Part shown: piece by piece, positions 36,013 through 44,517 of the stretch
Layout: the number at the start of each line of letters is the position of its first letter
Numbering within the stretch: position 1 is the stretch's first letter
DNA from: a virus
Taxonomy: Duplodnaviria > Caudoviricetes
Virus record (IMG/VR): IMGVR_UViG_3300042307_001090
Span: 1-62,007 of that record
Direction: 5' to 3' (one strand)
DNA: 62,007 nucleotides
The notes under the pieces: generated by a model
Told to the model about the DNA's origin: nothing
The model's input: the letters and a program-made list of their open reading frames with translations, nothing else
The model's database searches: none
Translations under genes and position numbers: made by a program

Positions 36013-36279
36013 ATGAACGACATCAAATCACGAATCGCCGCAGCCTGCGCGAACACCGCGCCGCGCACCAAGGCCCGCAACTTAGCCCTCGCCGCTGTGC
36101 GCTGGGTTATTAAATCAGAGCAGGGAAACGCCTACATAGGGCAGGCCGGCCTTTCCTCCGTCCTTGTCGCCCGCGAGCACGCCACCGTGTTTGATGGCCG
36201 AGACAACGAGGAAATGAAGATCGCTTTTTTACGCGCCATTACCGCAGACTACTCGCTCACCATTGAGCTCGCAGCATGA
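36013..36279 (+). CDS. Hypothetical protein
   Basis: 88 aa; GTTATG start; coupled to the methyltransferase. Confidence 0.65.
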   Translation: MNDIKSRIAAACANTAPRTKARNLALAAVRWVIKSEQGNAYIGQAGLSSVLVAREHATVFDGRDNEEMKIAFLRAITADYSLTIELAA

Positions 36280-37685
36280 ATTACATCGAACTCTTCGCCG
36301 GCGTCGGCGGCATGAGCATGGGGCTTGAGCGCGCAGGATTTAATCCTGTTGCCCTTGTTGAGTGGGATCGTGCCGCCGCTGGCGTGATCGCCCATCGCTT
36401 TCCCGACGTTCCGCTTTATTGCGACGTCACTAAATTTACCGGCGAGGAGGTTGGTGACGCTCGCGTTGACCTCCTTGCTTTTGGTTCACCCTGCCAAGAC
36501 CTGTCTGTCGCAGGCAAACGCGCAGGCCTTAAAGACGGCTCCCGTTCATCCCTTTTTTTCCATGCAATCCGAATCGCAAATCGCCTTCGCCTTCATAACG
36601 GACTCCGCTTTCTGCTCTGGGAAAACGTCGTCGGTGCACTCTCAAGCAATCAAGGAGCGGACTTCGCTTCCGTCCTCGGTGAAATGGTCGACCTTGGGGC
36701 GCGTGACGTCGCGTACCGAGTGCTGGACAGCCAGTGGTTTGGAGTACCCCAGCGACGCCGCCGTGTGTTCGTTGTCGCAGATTTTGGAGGCGAATGCGCC
36801 GCCGAAATACTATCTCTCGCCGAAGGCATGTCGGGGAATCCTCCGCCGAGCAGACAAGCGGGGGAAGGATTTACCCACACACTTAGCGCACGCACTAAAG
36901 GCGGCGGCGGGCTCGGGACCGATACCGAGCTAGACGGCGGATTGATCGCCGCCCGTATGACCGCGTTTGGCGAATACACCGAGGACGGGACTGCATCCAC
37001 GCTTAAACAGCGCGATTACAAGGATGCGACGGACCTCATCGCCCACACCCTGCGCGGCGAAGGCTTTGACGCGTCAGAGGATGGTACGGGGCGCGGGACG
37101 CCGTTGGTCTGCACCCCCATTTTGGAGGCGGGAGCAAAAACCGGCGTAAGCACAACGGATCTTCGTGCCGGTTCTGGAATCGGTAAATCGGGAGATCCTA
37201 TGTTTACCTTGCAGGCCACAAAACAGCATGCGGTTGCATTTTCATGCAAAGACTATGGCACCGATGTCGGTGATCTTGCGCCAACCCTCCGCGCTATGGG
37301 GCACGCAGGGAGCCACCAGAACGGAGGCGGTCAGGTGGCCGTCGCTTTCGCCCAGAATCAAGCCGGGGAGCTGCGCACCTCCGATGTCATGGGCACCCTC
37401 GGCACGAACTCCAACGCGAGTGGTCGCGCAACGCCAATGGTGCAGGCTCCCCAGTCAGGCGTCCGTCGCCTCACCCCAACCGAGTGTGAGCGTCTGCAAG
37501 GCTGGCCTGATTCGCACACTCGATTCCGCCGTGACCTCGTGCTCGATGGCAACCGCTGGCACATTAAACCCGACTCTCCCATCCGCGAGCAGGCCGACGG
37601 GCCGCGTTACAAACAGTGTGGCAACGGGGTGACGAGTTCCGTTGCCTTTTGGATTGCTTCCCGCCTCGTTAAATTTTCCAAGTAA
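36276..37685 (+). CDS. DNA C5-cytosine methyltransferase
   Basis: FAGVGG, GSPCQD, WENV, PQRRRRVF, RRLTP.ECERLQG, YKQCGNGV. Confidence 0.95.
   Translation: MNYIELFAGVGGMSMGLERAGFNPVALVEWDRAAAGVIAHRFPDVPLYCDVTKFTGEEVGDARVDLLAFGSPCQDLSVAGKRAGLKDGSRSSLFFHAIRIANRLRLHNGLRFLLWENVVGALSSNQGADFASVLGEMVDLGARDVAYRVLDSQWFGVPQRRRRVFVVADFGGECAAEILSLAEGMSGNPPPSRQAGEGFTHTLSARTKGGGGLGTDTELDGGLIAARMTAFGEYTEDGTASTLKQRDYKDATDLIAHTLRGEGFDASEDGTGRGTPLVCTPILEAGAKTGVSTTDLRAGSGIGKSGDPMFTLQATKQHAVAFSCKDYGTDVGDLAPTLRAMGHAGSHQNGGGQVAVAFAQNQAGELRTSDVMGTLGTNSNASGRATPMVQAPQSGVRRLTPTECERLQGWPDSHTRFRRDLVLDGNRWHIKPDSPIREQADGPRYKQCGNGVTSSVAFWIASRLVKFSK
36562..36933 (+). CDS. Overlapping (+1 frame) methyltransferase beta-like polypeptide
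   Basis: SLSQILE...KYYLSPKACRGILRRA.KRGK.LP..L..AL, fully nested in the C5 MTase gene; start uncertain. Confidence 0.65.
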   Translation: MQSESQIAFAFITDSAFCSGKTSSVHSQAIKERTSLPSSVKWSTLGRVTSRTECWTASGLEYPSDAAVCSLSQILEANAPPKYYLSPKACRGILRRADKRGKDLPTHLAHALKAAAGSGPIPS

Positions 37686-37697
37686 CCCCCCTTTCCA

Positions 37698-40421
37698 GTG
37701 GCCATTGATTTTGATCGCATCGCCCAAGCAGCACTCGCCAACGCCGAAGGCCTGCTCTGTGAATTATTCCCAGCTGGCCGTCGCGACGGCTACGAGTTCC
37801 GCGTTGGTGGTCTCACCGGTGAGGCCGGCCGCTCGCTCGCAATCAATATGCGAACGGGTAAATGGGCGGATTTTTCGGGAGGCGATACCGGTTCTGACCT
37901 GATCGCCCTGTGGGCAGCGGCTCGCATGATTGGCATGGGTACTGCCGCCCGTGAGCTGGATGAACGGCTATCCGCTGGCGGTATCACCGCGAAGGCCCTT
38001 CGTGCAGACTCGCGCCCTAACCGCACTGATCCGAGCGATTGGGAGGCACTGCCTTTTTCACCAGATGAGCAGCCAGCACCAACATTCAAGCGCCTTTTTC
38101 GAGAAAACGAGTGGCGTGAATACCCGATCATTGCATCGTGGTGTTACCGGGACGCGCAGGGCCGCCTTGTTGGCTATGTCTGCCGCGTGCAATTCTCGGA
38201 TGGATCAAAAGACGTCTTTCCGTTCACCTACGCGCGCCACACTTCGGGCCGCGAGCAATGGCGATGGAAGGGTTTCGCTCGCCCCCGTCCGCTGTACCGC
38301 TTGCCTGAGTTGGTCGTCACCGCAAGCGAAGTTGGCGTTTTGATCGTTGAGGGCGAAAAGAGCGCGGACGCCGCCGCCCGCTTGCTCCCCAATGTTGCCG
38401 TTGTTACTTGGCCAGGCGGCTCAAAAGCAGTCTCCCTTGTTGACCTCGAACCCCTGCGCGGGCGGCGCGTCACCCTGTGGCCGGATGCCGACAAGCCCGG
38501 ACTGGACGCCATGGCAGCGATCGCAGACCGACTCGAAGGAGTCGCGGCGAGCACGTTTATCGTCCTTCCGCCCGAGGGCGTCTGTGAAGGTTGGGACTTG
38601 GCCGACGCCGAGGCCGAAGGTTGGGACGCGGCTAAGGTCCGGGCCCACGTGAAGGCCCGAAAGGACGCCGCCCAGGCCGCCACTCAAAACAACGTGTTCG
38701 CAGCATCGACGCCAACGGCCGATACGTCAAAAAATGCCGATAAATTGGAAGCATCGCACGATAGCGATGAGCTGCCAGAAGACCCCAGCGAATCAATCCA
38801 CGATGCACCTCCGCCCAGCCCACTGGAGGACATCCGCCCATTCCGCTGCCTTGGATTCGCCGACGGCCGCTTTTTCTACCTACCGAACGGCTCCAAGCAG
38901 ATCGTAGAGCTCACCGCGAGCGAGCACAAGAAACTCCCGCTTCTGCAGCTCGCCACGCTTCAATGGTGGCAGTCGATGTTCGCCGGCAAGGAGGATGCTG
39001 ACTGGGGGCTTGCCGCCAACGCGCTCATACAGTGGCAAATCAAGGTGGGCATTTTCGACCCCAAGCGGATCCGCGGTCGCGGTGCTTGGATTGATGCCGG
39101 CCGCGTGGTCTTCCACGCTGGTGACCGGCTGTTAATCGAAGGGTCAGATGTCGGTATTCACGAGCACCCATCGCCATTCATTTACGAGCAAGCGCATGGG
39201 CTCGAACCCGAATCAGCGGCCCCGGCATCCAATACCGACGCCGCGAAGCTCATCACCCTATGCGAATCGGTCTCCTGGAAGCACCCCCTCAACGCCAAAC
39301 TCCTTGCTGGGTGGTGTGTTATCGCGCCCATCTGCGGCGTGCTTCACTGGCGGCCTCACATTTGGATCAATGGCCCGCGCGGAACCGGCAAGACTTGGAT
39401 CCTCGAAAACATCATTCAGCCCATCGCCGGTCGCGCCGCTTTGCAGGTCCAGTCAGCCACAACCGAGCCGGGTATCCGCCAGGCGCTTCGGTCCGACGCC
39501 CTACCGATCATCTTCGACGAGGCCGAGTCTGAAAACAGGCGCGGTCAAGAGCGCATGCAGTCCATTCTTGAGTTCGCCCGGGCGTGCAGCTCGGACACGG
39601 AGGCCATCATCGCCAAGGGCACGGCGTCCGGTGGCGGCATGCGGTTCAAGCCCAGGGCGTGCATTTGCTTCGCTTCCATTGGCGTAGCGGCCGTGCAGGC
39701 TGCCGATACCTCCCGTATAGCCGCACTTGAGCTGAAGCGCCGCGGTAGTGATTTCCAGTCGGCTTTCGATAAGACCCTCGCAATCTGGGGCGACACAGTC
39801 GGCCGCGAGGGCTACGTTGAATCCCTGCGCGCGCGCTCCCTTTCCTTGGCTCCGGTTATCCGGGCAAACTCAAAGACATTCGCCCGGGTGGTCGCCAAGC
39901 GACTAGGCGACGCGCGCCTAGGTGATCAAATCGGGGCGCTGCTTTCCGGCGCCTACTCGCTCACCTCGCGCAACGAGATCGCGATCGAGGACGCAACCGA
40001 GTGGGTCCAGCGTCAAGACTGGTCGTTCTTTGAGCCCGACGAATCCGACACCGACCAAGTGCGCGCCTTTACGATGCTCGTCGACGCCCATGTCAGGATC
40101 GAGCGCGACGATGGCCCGGCAATTACCCGAACAGTGGGCGAGCTCGTCGAGGATGCCATGTCGCCGGCCAGCGATCAAACTACGGCCCGCGCCATCCTTA
40201 TGCGGCACGGTCTGCGCATCATGGAGGACGGCCTTTCAGTTGCGGTGGCAAACGGTCACCAGTTCCTCGCGAAGGTGTTTTCCGATTCAGCGTGGGCGGG
40301 TAAGCACCGCGATCAAATGGCGCGCATCCCGGGCGCGAAGGCGTCCATTGGCGCCGTTTCATTCGGCCCGGGGTCAAAGCACCGCGCGGTGCTCCTACCG
40401 CTGACACAGTTCACGGATTAG
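37698..40421 (+). CDS. Primase-helicase (Toprim + P-loop ATPase)
   Basis: W.DF..G..G.DLI N-terminus, RPLY, IVEGEK.AD, WPDAD.PG, GWDLAD, GPRGTGKT, IIFDEAE. Confidence 0.9.
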   Translation: MAIDFDRIAQAALANAEGLLCELFPAGRRDGYEFRVGGLTGEAGRSLAINMRTGKWADFSGGDTGSDLIALWAAARMIGMGTAARELDERLSAGGITAKALRADSRPNRTDPSDWEALPFSPDEQPAPTFKRLFRENEWREYPIIASWCYRDAQGRLVGYVCRVQFSDGSKDVFPFTYARHTSGREQWRWKGFARPRPLYRLPELVVTASEVGVLIVEGEKSADAAARLLPNVAVVTWPGGSKAVSLVDLEPLRGRRVTLWPDADKPGLDAMAAIADRLEGVAASTFIVLPPEGVCEGWDLADAEAEGWDAAKVRAHVKARKDAAQAATQNNVFAASTPTADTSKNADKLEASHDSDELPEDPSESIHDAPPPSPLEDIRPFRCLGFADGRFFYLPNGSKQIVELTASEHKKLPLLQLATLQWWQSMFAGKEDADWGLAANALIQWQIKVGIFDPKRIRGRGAWIDAGRVVFHAGDRLLIEGSDVGIHEHPSPFIYEQAHGLEPESAAPASNTDAAKLITLCESVSWKHPLNAKLLAGWCVIAPICGVLHWRPHIWINGPRGTGKTWILENIIQPIAGRAALQVQSATTEPGIRQALRSDALPIIFDEAESENRRGQERMQSILEFARACSSDTEAIIAKGTASGGGMRFKPRACICFASIGVAAVQAADTSRIAALELKRRGSDFQSAFDKTLAIWGDTVGREGYVESLRARSLSLAPVIRANSKTFARVVAKRLGDARLGDQIGALLSGAYSLTSRNEIAIEDATEWVQRQDWSFFEPDESDTDQVRAFTMLVDAHVRIERDDGPAITRTVGELVEDAMSPASDQTTARAILMRHGLRIMEDGLSVAVANGHQFLAKVFSDSAWAGKHRDQMARIPGAKASIGAVSFGPGSKHRAVLLPLTQFTD

Positions 40422-40463
40422 AAACCGGCAGCTCAGTTGTAATGCCGTTTCGGGTTTCGGTGC

Positions 40464-40477
40464 TTGCGTCCGCGCAA
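40464..40477. promoter_or_regulatory. Palindromic operator/-35 motif TTGCG-N4-CGCAA
   Basis: TTGCGT-N17-GATGCT upstream of radC. Confidence 0.7.
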
Positions 40478-40502
40478 CTGCTCGCGGATGCTTGCCGGCG
40501 TT

Positions 40503-40976
40503 ATGGAAACCAAGACCTACACGCTTTACGAACCCGTCATCACCTACCGCGCCCGTCAGGGTGTGCGCCGCAAGCTCGACAACGCGGATAAACTGGCCGC
40601 CCGCTTCCGTGAGCTATTCACCGAGCTCAACCCCGACCCGACCAAGGAGGCCGTCATCATCGTTACCCTGTCGACGCGGCTCATGGAGGTAGGCTACCGC
40701 CTTATGTCGCTTGGCAGCTCGCGCAACGCATTGATTGCCCCCGCTGACACCATGCGCGCAGCGCTACTCCTTGGCGGCGTCGGTTTCGCCATAGCGCACA
40801 ACCACCCTTCAGGCGACCCCTCACCAAGCGCAGCCGACGTTCGCATAACGGCGACCATTCGCGAGGCCGCAAAGGCCGTTGGGGTGGATTTCATTGATCA
40901 CCTCGTGATAGGCGATGTGGGCGGCGACCCGCACGGCGTAGGCCATTACTCTTTCCGGAGCGCCGGTCAGGTTTAA
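40503..40976 (+). CDS. radC: RadC-like JAB domain protein
   Basis: AHNHPSGDPSPSAAD..IT...DHLVIG. Confidence 0.92.
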   Translation: METKTYTLYEPVITYRARQGVRRKLDNADKLAARFRELFTELNPDPTKEAVIIVTLSTRLMEVGYRLMSLGSSRNALIAPADTMRAALLLGGVGFAIAHNHPSGDPSPSAADVRITATIREAAKAVGVDFIDHLVIGDVGGDPHGVGHYSFRSAGQV

Positions 40977-41017
40977 GCCCAAGGGCCGGCCGCCCATCGG
41001 CCCCACGACCACCACCT

Positions 41018-41045
41018 GCCCCAGCCGCAACGCTGGGGCTTTTTT
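41018..41045 (+). terminator. Rho-independent terminator
   Basis: GCCCCAGC-cgcaac-GCTGGGGC followed by T6. Confidence 0.85.
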
Positions 41046-41069
41046 GTGTCCTGAAGGCCAGCAAGAACG

Positions 41070-41355
41070 CCACGGGAACGCGAAAAAACGCACTGTGTTC
41101 CCGCGTAAGTCCGTAATGACAAACAGCTTGCGTCACTTTTTTGGCGCTGGAACGGATTTTTGCAAAAGATAGATAGAGCGCCAAAGCGCGCGTGTGTGCG
41201 AGCGTGCGAGCGCGCGCTAGGGGTTATATCTATCTTTTACCGTTCCCGCGTTCCCAACCCTTCTTTTTTATTATCTTTATCTAAGTAAGAGTGTGAGTAA
41301 GAGAGAGTTAGCAAGCTATCGCGGCGGGAACAAAAACGGGAACGCGCGGGAACGC
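41070..41355. repeat. Putative replication origin: seven (C)GGGAAC iterons in both orientations around an AT-rich core
   Basis: Copies at 41073, 41097, 41242, 41250, 41325, 41337, 41347; AT-rich 41222-41310; near the primase-helicase gene. Confidence 0.55.
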
Positions 41356-41397
41356 TGGCAAATATGCGTTCCTGACTTGCGTTCGCTACGAATAACC

Positions 41398-41411
41398 TTG
41401 CGCCAGCGCAA
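41398..41411. promoter_or_regulatory. Palindromic operator TTGCG-N4-CGCAA upstream of the late activator
   Basis: TTGCG-ccag-CGCAA, 23 nt before the ATG. Confidence 0.7.
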
Positions 41412-41434
41412 CCAACCCGACAATCTCGGGGCGA

Positions 41435-41887
41435 ATGGAGGAAGCGCCACTGCCACCAACAGCCCAAGTCGTCGCCGAAATCATTGGCCGCGAGCCTACC
41501 CTTGCCCTCGCAAGGACTGCCAAGTACCGCGCCATGTACGTGCCCTATCAAATCCGCGATAACCATTGGATCGCCAAGACAGTCGGCCGCCGTCATGCCG
41601 ATGCACTCAGCCGTCACCTAGGCGGCCTGCACCTACCACTCGCACGTTGTGAGTCCGTCGTCACAGCCGAACGCAACGCGGCCATTCGCCTGGCCTTCCG
41701 CGCAGGCAAGACCATAGAGTGGCTTGCCGTTCAGCACACCCTATCTGCTCGCATGGTGGAGCTGATCCTTGACCCCAAGCGAGCGGCAGCTGTGAGGGCA
41801 ACACAACGTGAGCGTGCCGCTCGCATGCGCAACACACCGGGCTACCAGCGGCCTGATCGGCAAACCAGCGGGGGTGGTCAAAAATGA
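41435..41887 (+). CDS. Mor/C-family transcriptional activator
   Basis: LP...VAEIIG....AL...YVP...L...GG..L...RNAAI......GKTI..LA..H.LS.R.V..IL. Confidence 0.8.
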   Translation: MEEAPLPPTAQVVAEIIGREPTLALARTAKYRAMYVPYQIRDNHWIAKTVGRRHADALSRHLGGLHLPLARCESVVTAERNAAIRLAFRAGKTIEWLAVQHTLSARMVELILDPKRAAAVRATQRERAARMRNTPGYQRPDRQTSGGGQK

Positions 41888-41946
41888 ACAGCACTAGGCA
41901 AAAACTGCCTACCGGCAAAATTTGCCTAAGAAAATTTTTCCCACCA

Positions 41947-42001
41947 CGGGTCCTTCCCAGGGCCGGTAGGCGGGTAAGGCGAATCACCCCGTCATTTCGC
42001 T
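41947..42001 (+). other. Putative cos packaging site (cosQ/cosN-like)
   Basis: GGGTCCT at 41948-41954 matches lambda cosQ, followed 16 nt later by dyad CGGGT...ACCCCG and TTTCGCT; upstream of a lambda-like terminase. Confidence 0.55.
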
Positions 42002-42059
42002 AGCTTCAGCGCAACAAACACCTCTTTGTTTTTGAGAACCTTACCCTGCCGAGGATGAA

Positions 42060-42695
42060 TTGACTCAGCCAGCCAACGTCGCCCAAATCGCGGCGAGCAT
42101 TGAACAAATTGAAACCGAAAAACTAATCCCGTACGCCATGAACGCCAGAACTCACAATGATGCCAACGTCGCCCAAATCGCGGCGAGCATCCGTGAGTTT
42201 GGCTTTACCAACCCGGTGTTGATAGACGGCGAGAACGGAATCATCGCCGGTCACGGCCGCGTCCTTGCCGCGCGTAAGTTGGACATGGTCACGGTGCCGT
42301 GCATTCGCCTGAGTTATATGACGCCGGCGCAGAAGCGCGCCTACGTGATTGCCGACAACAAAATCGCACTGAACTCGGGGTGGGACGAGGAGCTGCTAAA
42401 GGTCGAGCTGGCAACCTTGCGTGACGAAGATTTCAGTCTTGGCGTAACGGGATTTAGCGGAGAAGAGCTGGCTGCGCTACTCACCGCGGCGGAGGATTTG
42501 GAGAACATTGACTCCGACGGCGATGAAGCCAAGGGAGCATCGGTGGAGTACCTAGCCGTAGGCAAATTCAAGATCCCGCTCGACGCTGACGAAGTGCAGT
42601 CAATTACCGGCCTGATTGAAGCCTACGCGCAGGAAGCTGGAACTACTTTCGGTTTCGGCGCGTTCATGGTTCGCAAGATGGAGGGCAGCAAATGA
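42060..42695 (+). CDS. ParB/Srx N-terminal domain protein
   Basis: LIPYA.NARTH...QIAASIREFGFTNPVLID...IIAGHGRVLAA...ADNK; start uncertain. Confidence 0.9.
   Translation: MTQPANVAQIAASIEQIETEKLIPYAMNARTHNDANVAQIAASIREFGFTNPVLIDGENGIIAGHGRVLAARKLDMVTVPCIRLSYMTPAQKRAYVIADNKIALNSGWDEELLKVELATLRDEDFSLGVTGFSGEELAALLTAAEDLENIDSDGDEAKGASVEYLAVGKFKIPLDADEVQSITGLIEAYAQEAGTTFGFGAFMVRKMEGSK
42072..42190 (+). repeat. Exact 29-bp direct repeat (42072-42100, 42162-42190)
   Basis: GCCAACGTCGCCCAAATCGCGGCGAGCAT twice, 90 bp apart, in frame. Confidence 0.95.
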
Positions 42696-44101
42696 AGCCT
42701 GGCCTCCACCTTGATTACGAGATCAAAGACATCGTCGGCGCCGACTACAACCCGCGCCGCATTGATAATGACGCGATTGAAAAACTGAAACACAGCCTGA
42801 GCGTAGTTGGCTGCGCGAAGCCGATTATTGTTCGAGGCCGAACTATTGTTGCGGGCCACCAACGAACCAAGGCATTGCGTGCCATGGGCGTAACACGGGC
42901 GCCGGTTTACTTACTGCCAACCGACGCGAGCACCTACGACGAAGTCCGATTCAATCAGCTGCACAACGGCACGGACTTGGACACCGGCGACGAAAGCGCG
43001 AGAGTGGTTGACGGTCTGCGTGGAGTGCGGGGCTTTACCCAGGTTGAGCCCGACCGACTGAGCGTTAATCAGAAGGCAGCGGGCGCGAATATCCGCCACG
43101 AGATCATGCGGCTCGTCACGATTTACGGATCGTGGGGCGCGTGTGTCGCCAGCGAATCCGGAGAGATTTTTCATGCTGCGCAATACGCTCTGTCGATGAA
43201 AACCATGGGGAAGAAGTGCCTTGTTTACGTGGTGCCAGCGGAGCGTGAAGCCGAAGCGCGCGAGTTGTTAGGGGCGCGATATGGCGTATTTAGTTATGAC
43301 AACCTGCCGCGCGAAACCTACATTCAAACCTTCGCTCAAATGTTCCGCCTGCGCGAAGATGCCGAGCGCGAGAACGCGTCGCCAACTTACGTTGAGCACG
43401 TCATACCGTGGTTGCAGAAAAACCCGGGGGCGCGCGTGCTTGACTTTGGCTGCGGACAGGGAGACTACGTCCGTCGACTATCCTGTGCAGGTCATGCAAT
43501 CCAAGGAATGGAGTTCTTTCGGCGTGCGGCTGGTAAGGACGCAATCGACGTAGCGGCGGTGAATGGCATGGTTGATTCGCTCATCTCATCGCTGAAAACT
43601 GCCGGACGTTTTGACGCAGTGGTTTGCGACTACGTGCTGAATTCTGTGGACACGCAGCAAGCCGAGGACGACGTGCTCACTTGCCTGGCGGCATTCTGTA
43701 AGCCGGGCGGTCAGGTGTTTTTTTCCGGCCGCAAAAAAGAGCGCATCGACTGGCAGGACACGATGAAGACCAACGTAAAGACAAAGCAGATCGGCCAGCG
43801 CTACGTCGAGTTCATCGACGAGCACGGCCTGTCGGCGCTTTATCGGAAGGGGCGGTGGTTCTACCAAAAGTTTCACAGCCGTGACGACATCGCGAATATC
43901 TCGGCCCGGTTTGGCTTTGCGATCACCAAGCACACCGAAAGTGCGGTGGCGTTTCAGCTATCGAGCAAACAATCAAAAACTCCTGCACGCGAATATGTTG
44001 CATCAGCTATTGACCGCGAATTTAATATGCCGCTGAATAGTACAGGACGGCGACTCGGCCGTCATAATGACGTGAAGGAAACTCTTTTATGCCTACTCTA
44101 A
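42692..44101 (+). CDS. ParB-like domain fused to a class I SAM-dependent methyltransferase
   Basis: YNPRRI...IVAGHQR; VLDFGCGQG...FDAVVCDYVLNSV...KPGG. Confidence 0.8.
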   Translation: MKPGLHLDYEIKDIVGADYNPRRIDNDAIEKLKHSLSVVGCAKPIIVRGRTIVAGHQRTKALRAMGVTRAPVYLLPTDASTYDEVRFNQLHNGTDLDTGDESARVVDGLRGVRGFTQVEPDRLSVNQKAAGANIRHEIMRLVTIYGSWGACVASESGEIFHAAQYALSMKTMGKKCLVYVVPAEREAEARELLGARYGVFSYDNLPRETYIQTFAQMFRLREDAERENASPTYVEHVIPWLQKNPGARVLDFGCGQGDYVRRLSCAGHAIQGMEFFRRAAGKDAIDVAAVNGMVDSLISSLKTAGRFDAVVCDYVLNSVDTQQAEDDVLTCLAAFCKPGGQVFFSGRKKERIDWQDTMKTNVKTKQIGQRYVEFIDEHGLSALYRKGRWFYQKFHSRDDIANISARFGFAITKHTESAVAFQLSSKQSKTPAREYVASAIDREFNMPLNSTGRRLGRHNDVKETLLCLL

Positions 44102-44514
44102 AAATTACATCAACGCACTCTCAGCTCACCGGCTGGAAGTACCTTTGGATGAAGACGGTCATCGGCTTTGACTCAGGCCAGCACTGCGCGCGCTGCCTCC
44201 GCGGCGACTACGTGAAGGCCGTCGGCTTGAAAATGCCGGTCAACGAAGACCTTGCGCTCGACTACCCCGAGGGCACGATCCTTTATCTCTGCGGCGTTTC
44301 CACGCCTTACCAGTGGCGCAACAACCTGCACCTCGCCGTGCGAGTGAAGGCCGGCGCCACCGCAACAGCAGGGGCTTGGACGGGCGACCGCGTTGAAATC
44401 CTCGGCGCAGAAGCGCTGCCGATTGACGGACTGGTAGCGCGCCGCGCGTTCCCGTCACGCAACTCGGCTTTTCTTACCTGCCGCAATTTTCAGTTCGGGG
44501 CTCAGTATTTTTAA
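44089..44514 (+). CDS. Hypothetical Cys-containing protein
   Basis: HCARCL, YLCG, NLHL, CRN motifs; overlaps the upstream stop. Confidence 0.65.
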   Translation: MPTLKITSTHSQLTGWKYLWMKTVIGFDSGQHCARCLRGDYVKAVGLKMPVNEDLALDYPEGTILYLCGVSTPYQWRNNLHLAVRVKAGATATAGAWTGDRVEILGAEALPIDGLVARRAFPSRNSAFLTCRNFQFGAQYF

Positions 44515-44517
44515 CCC

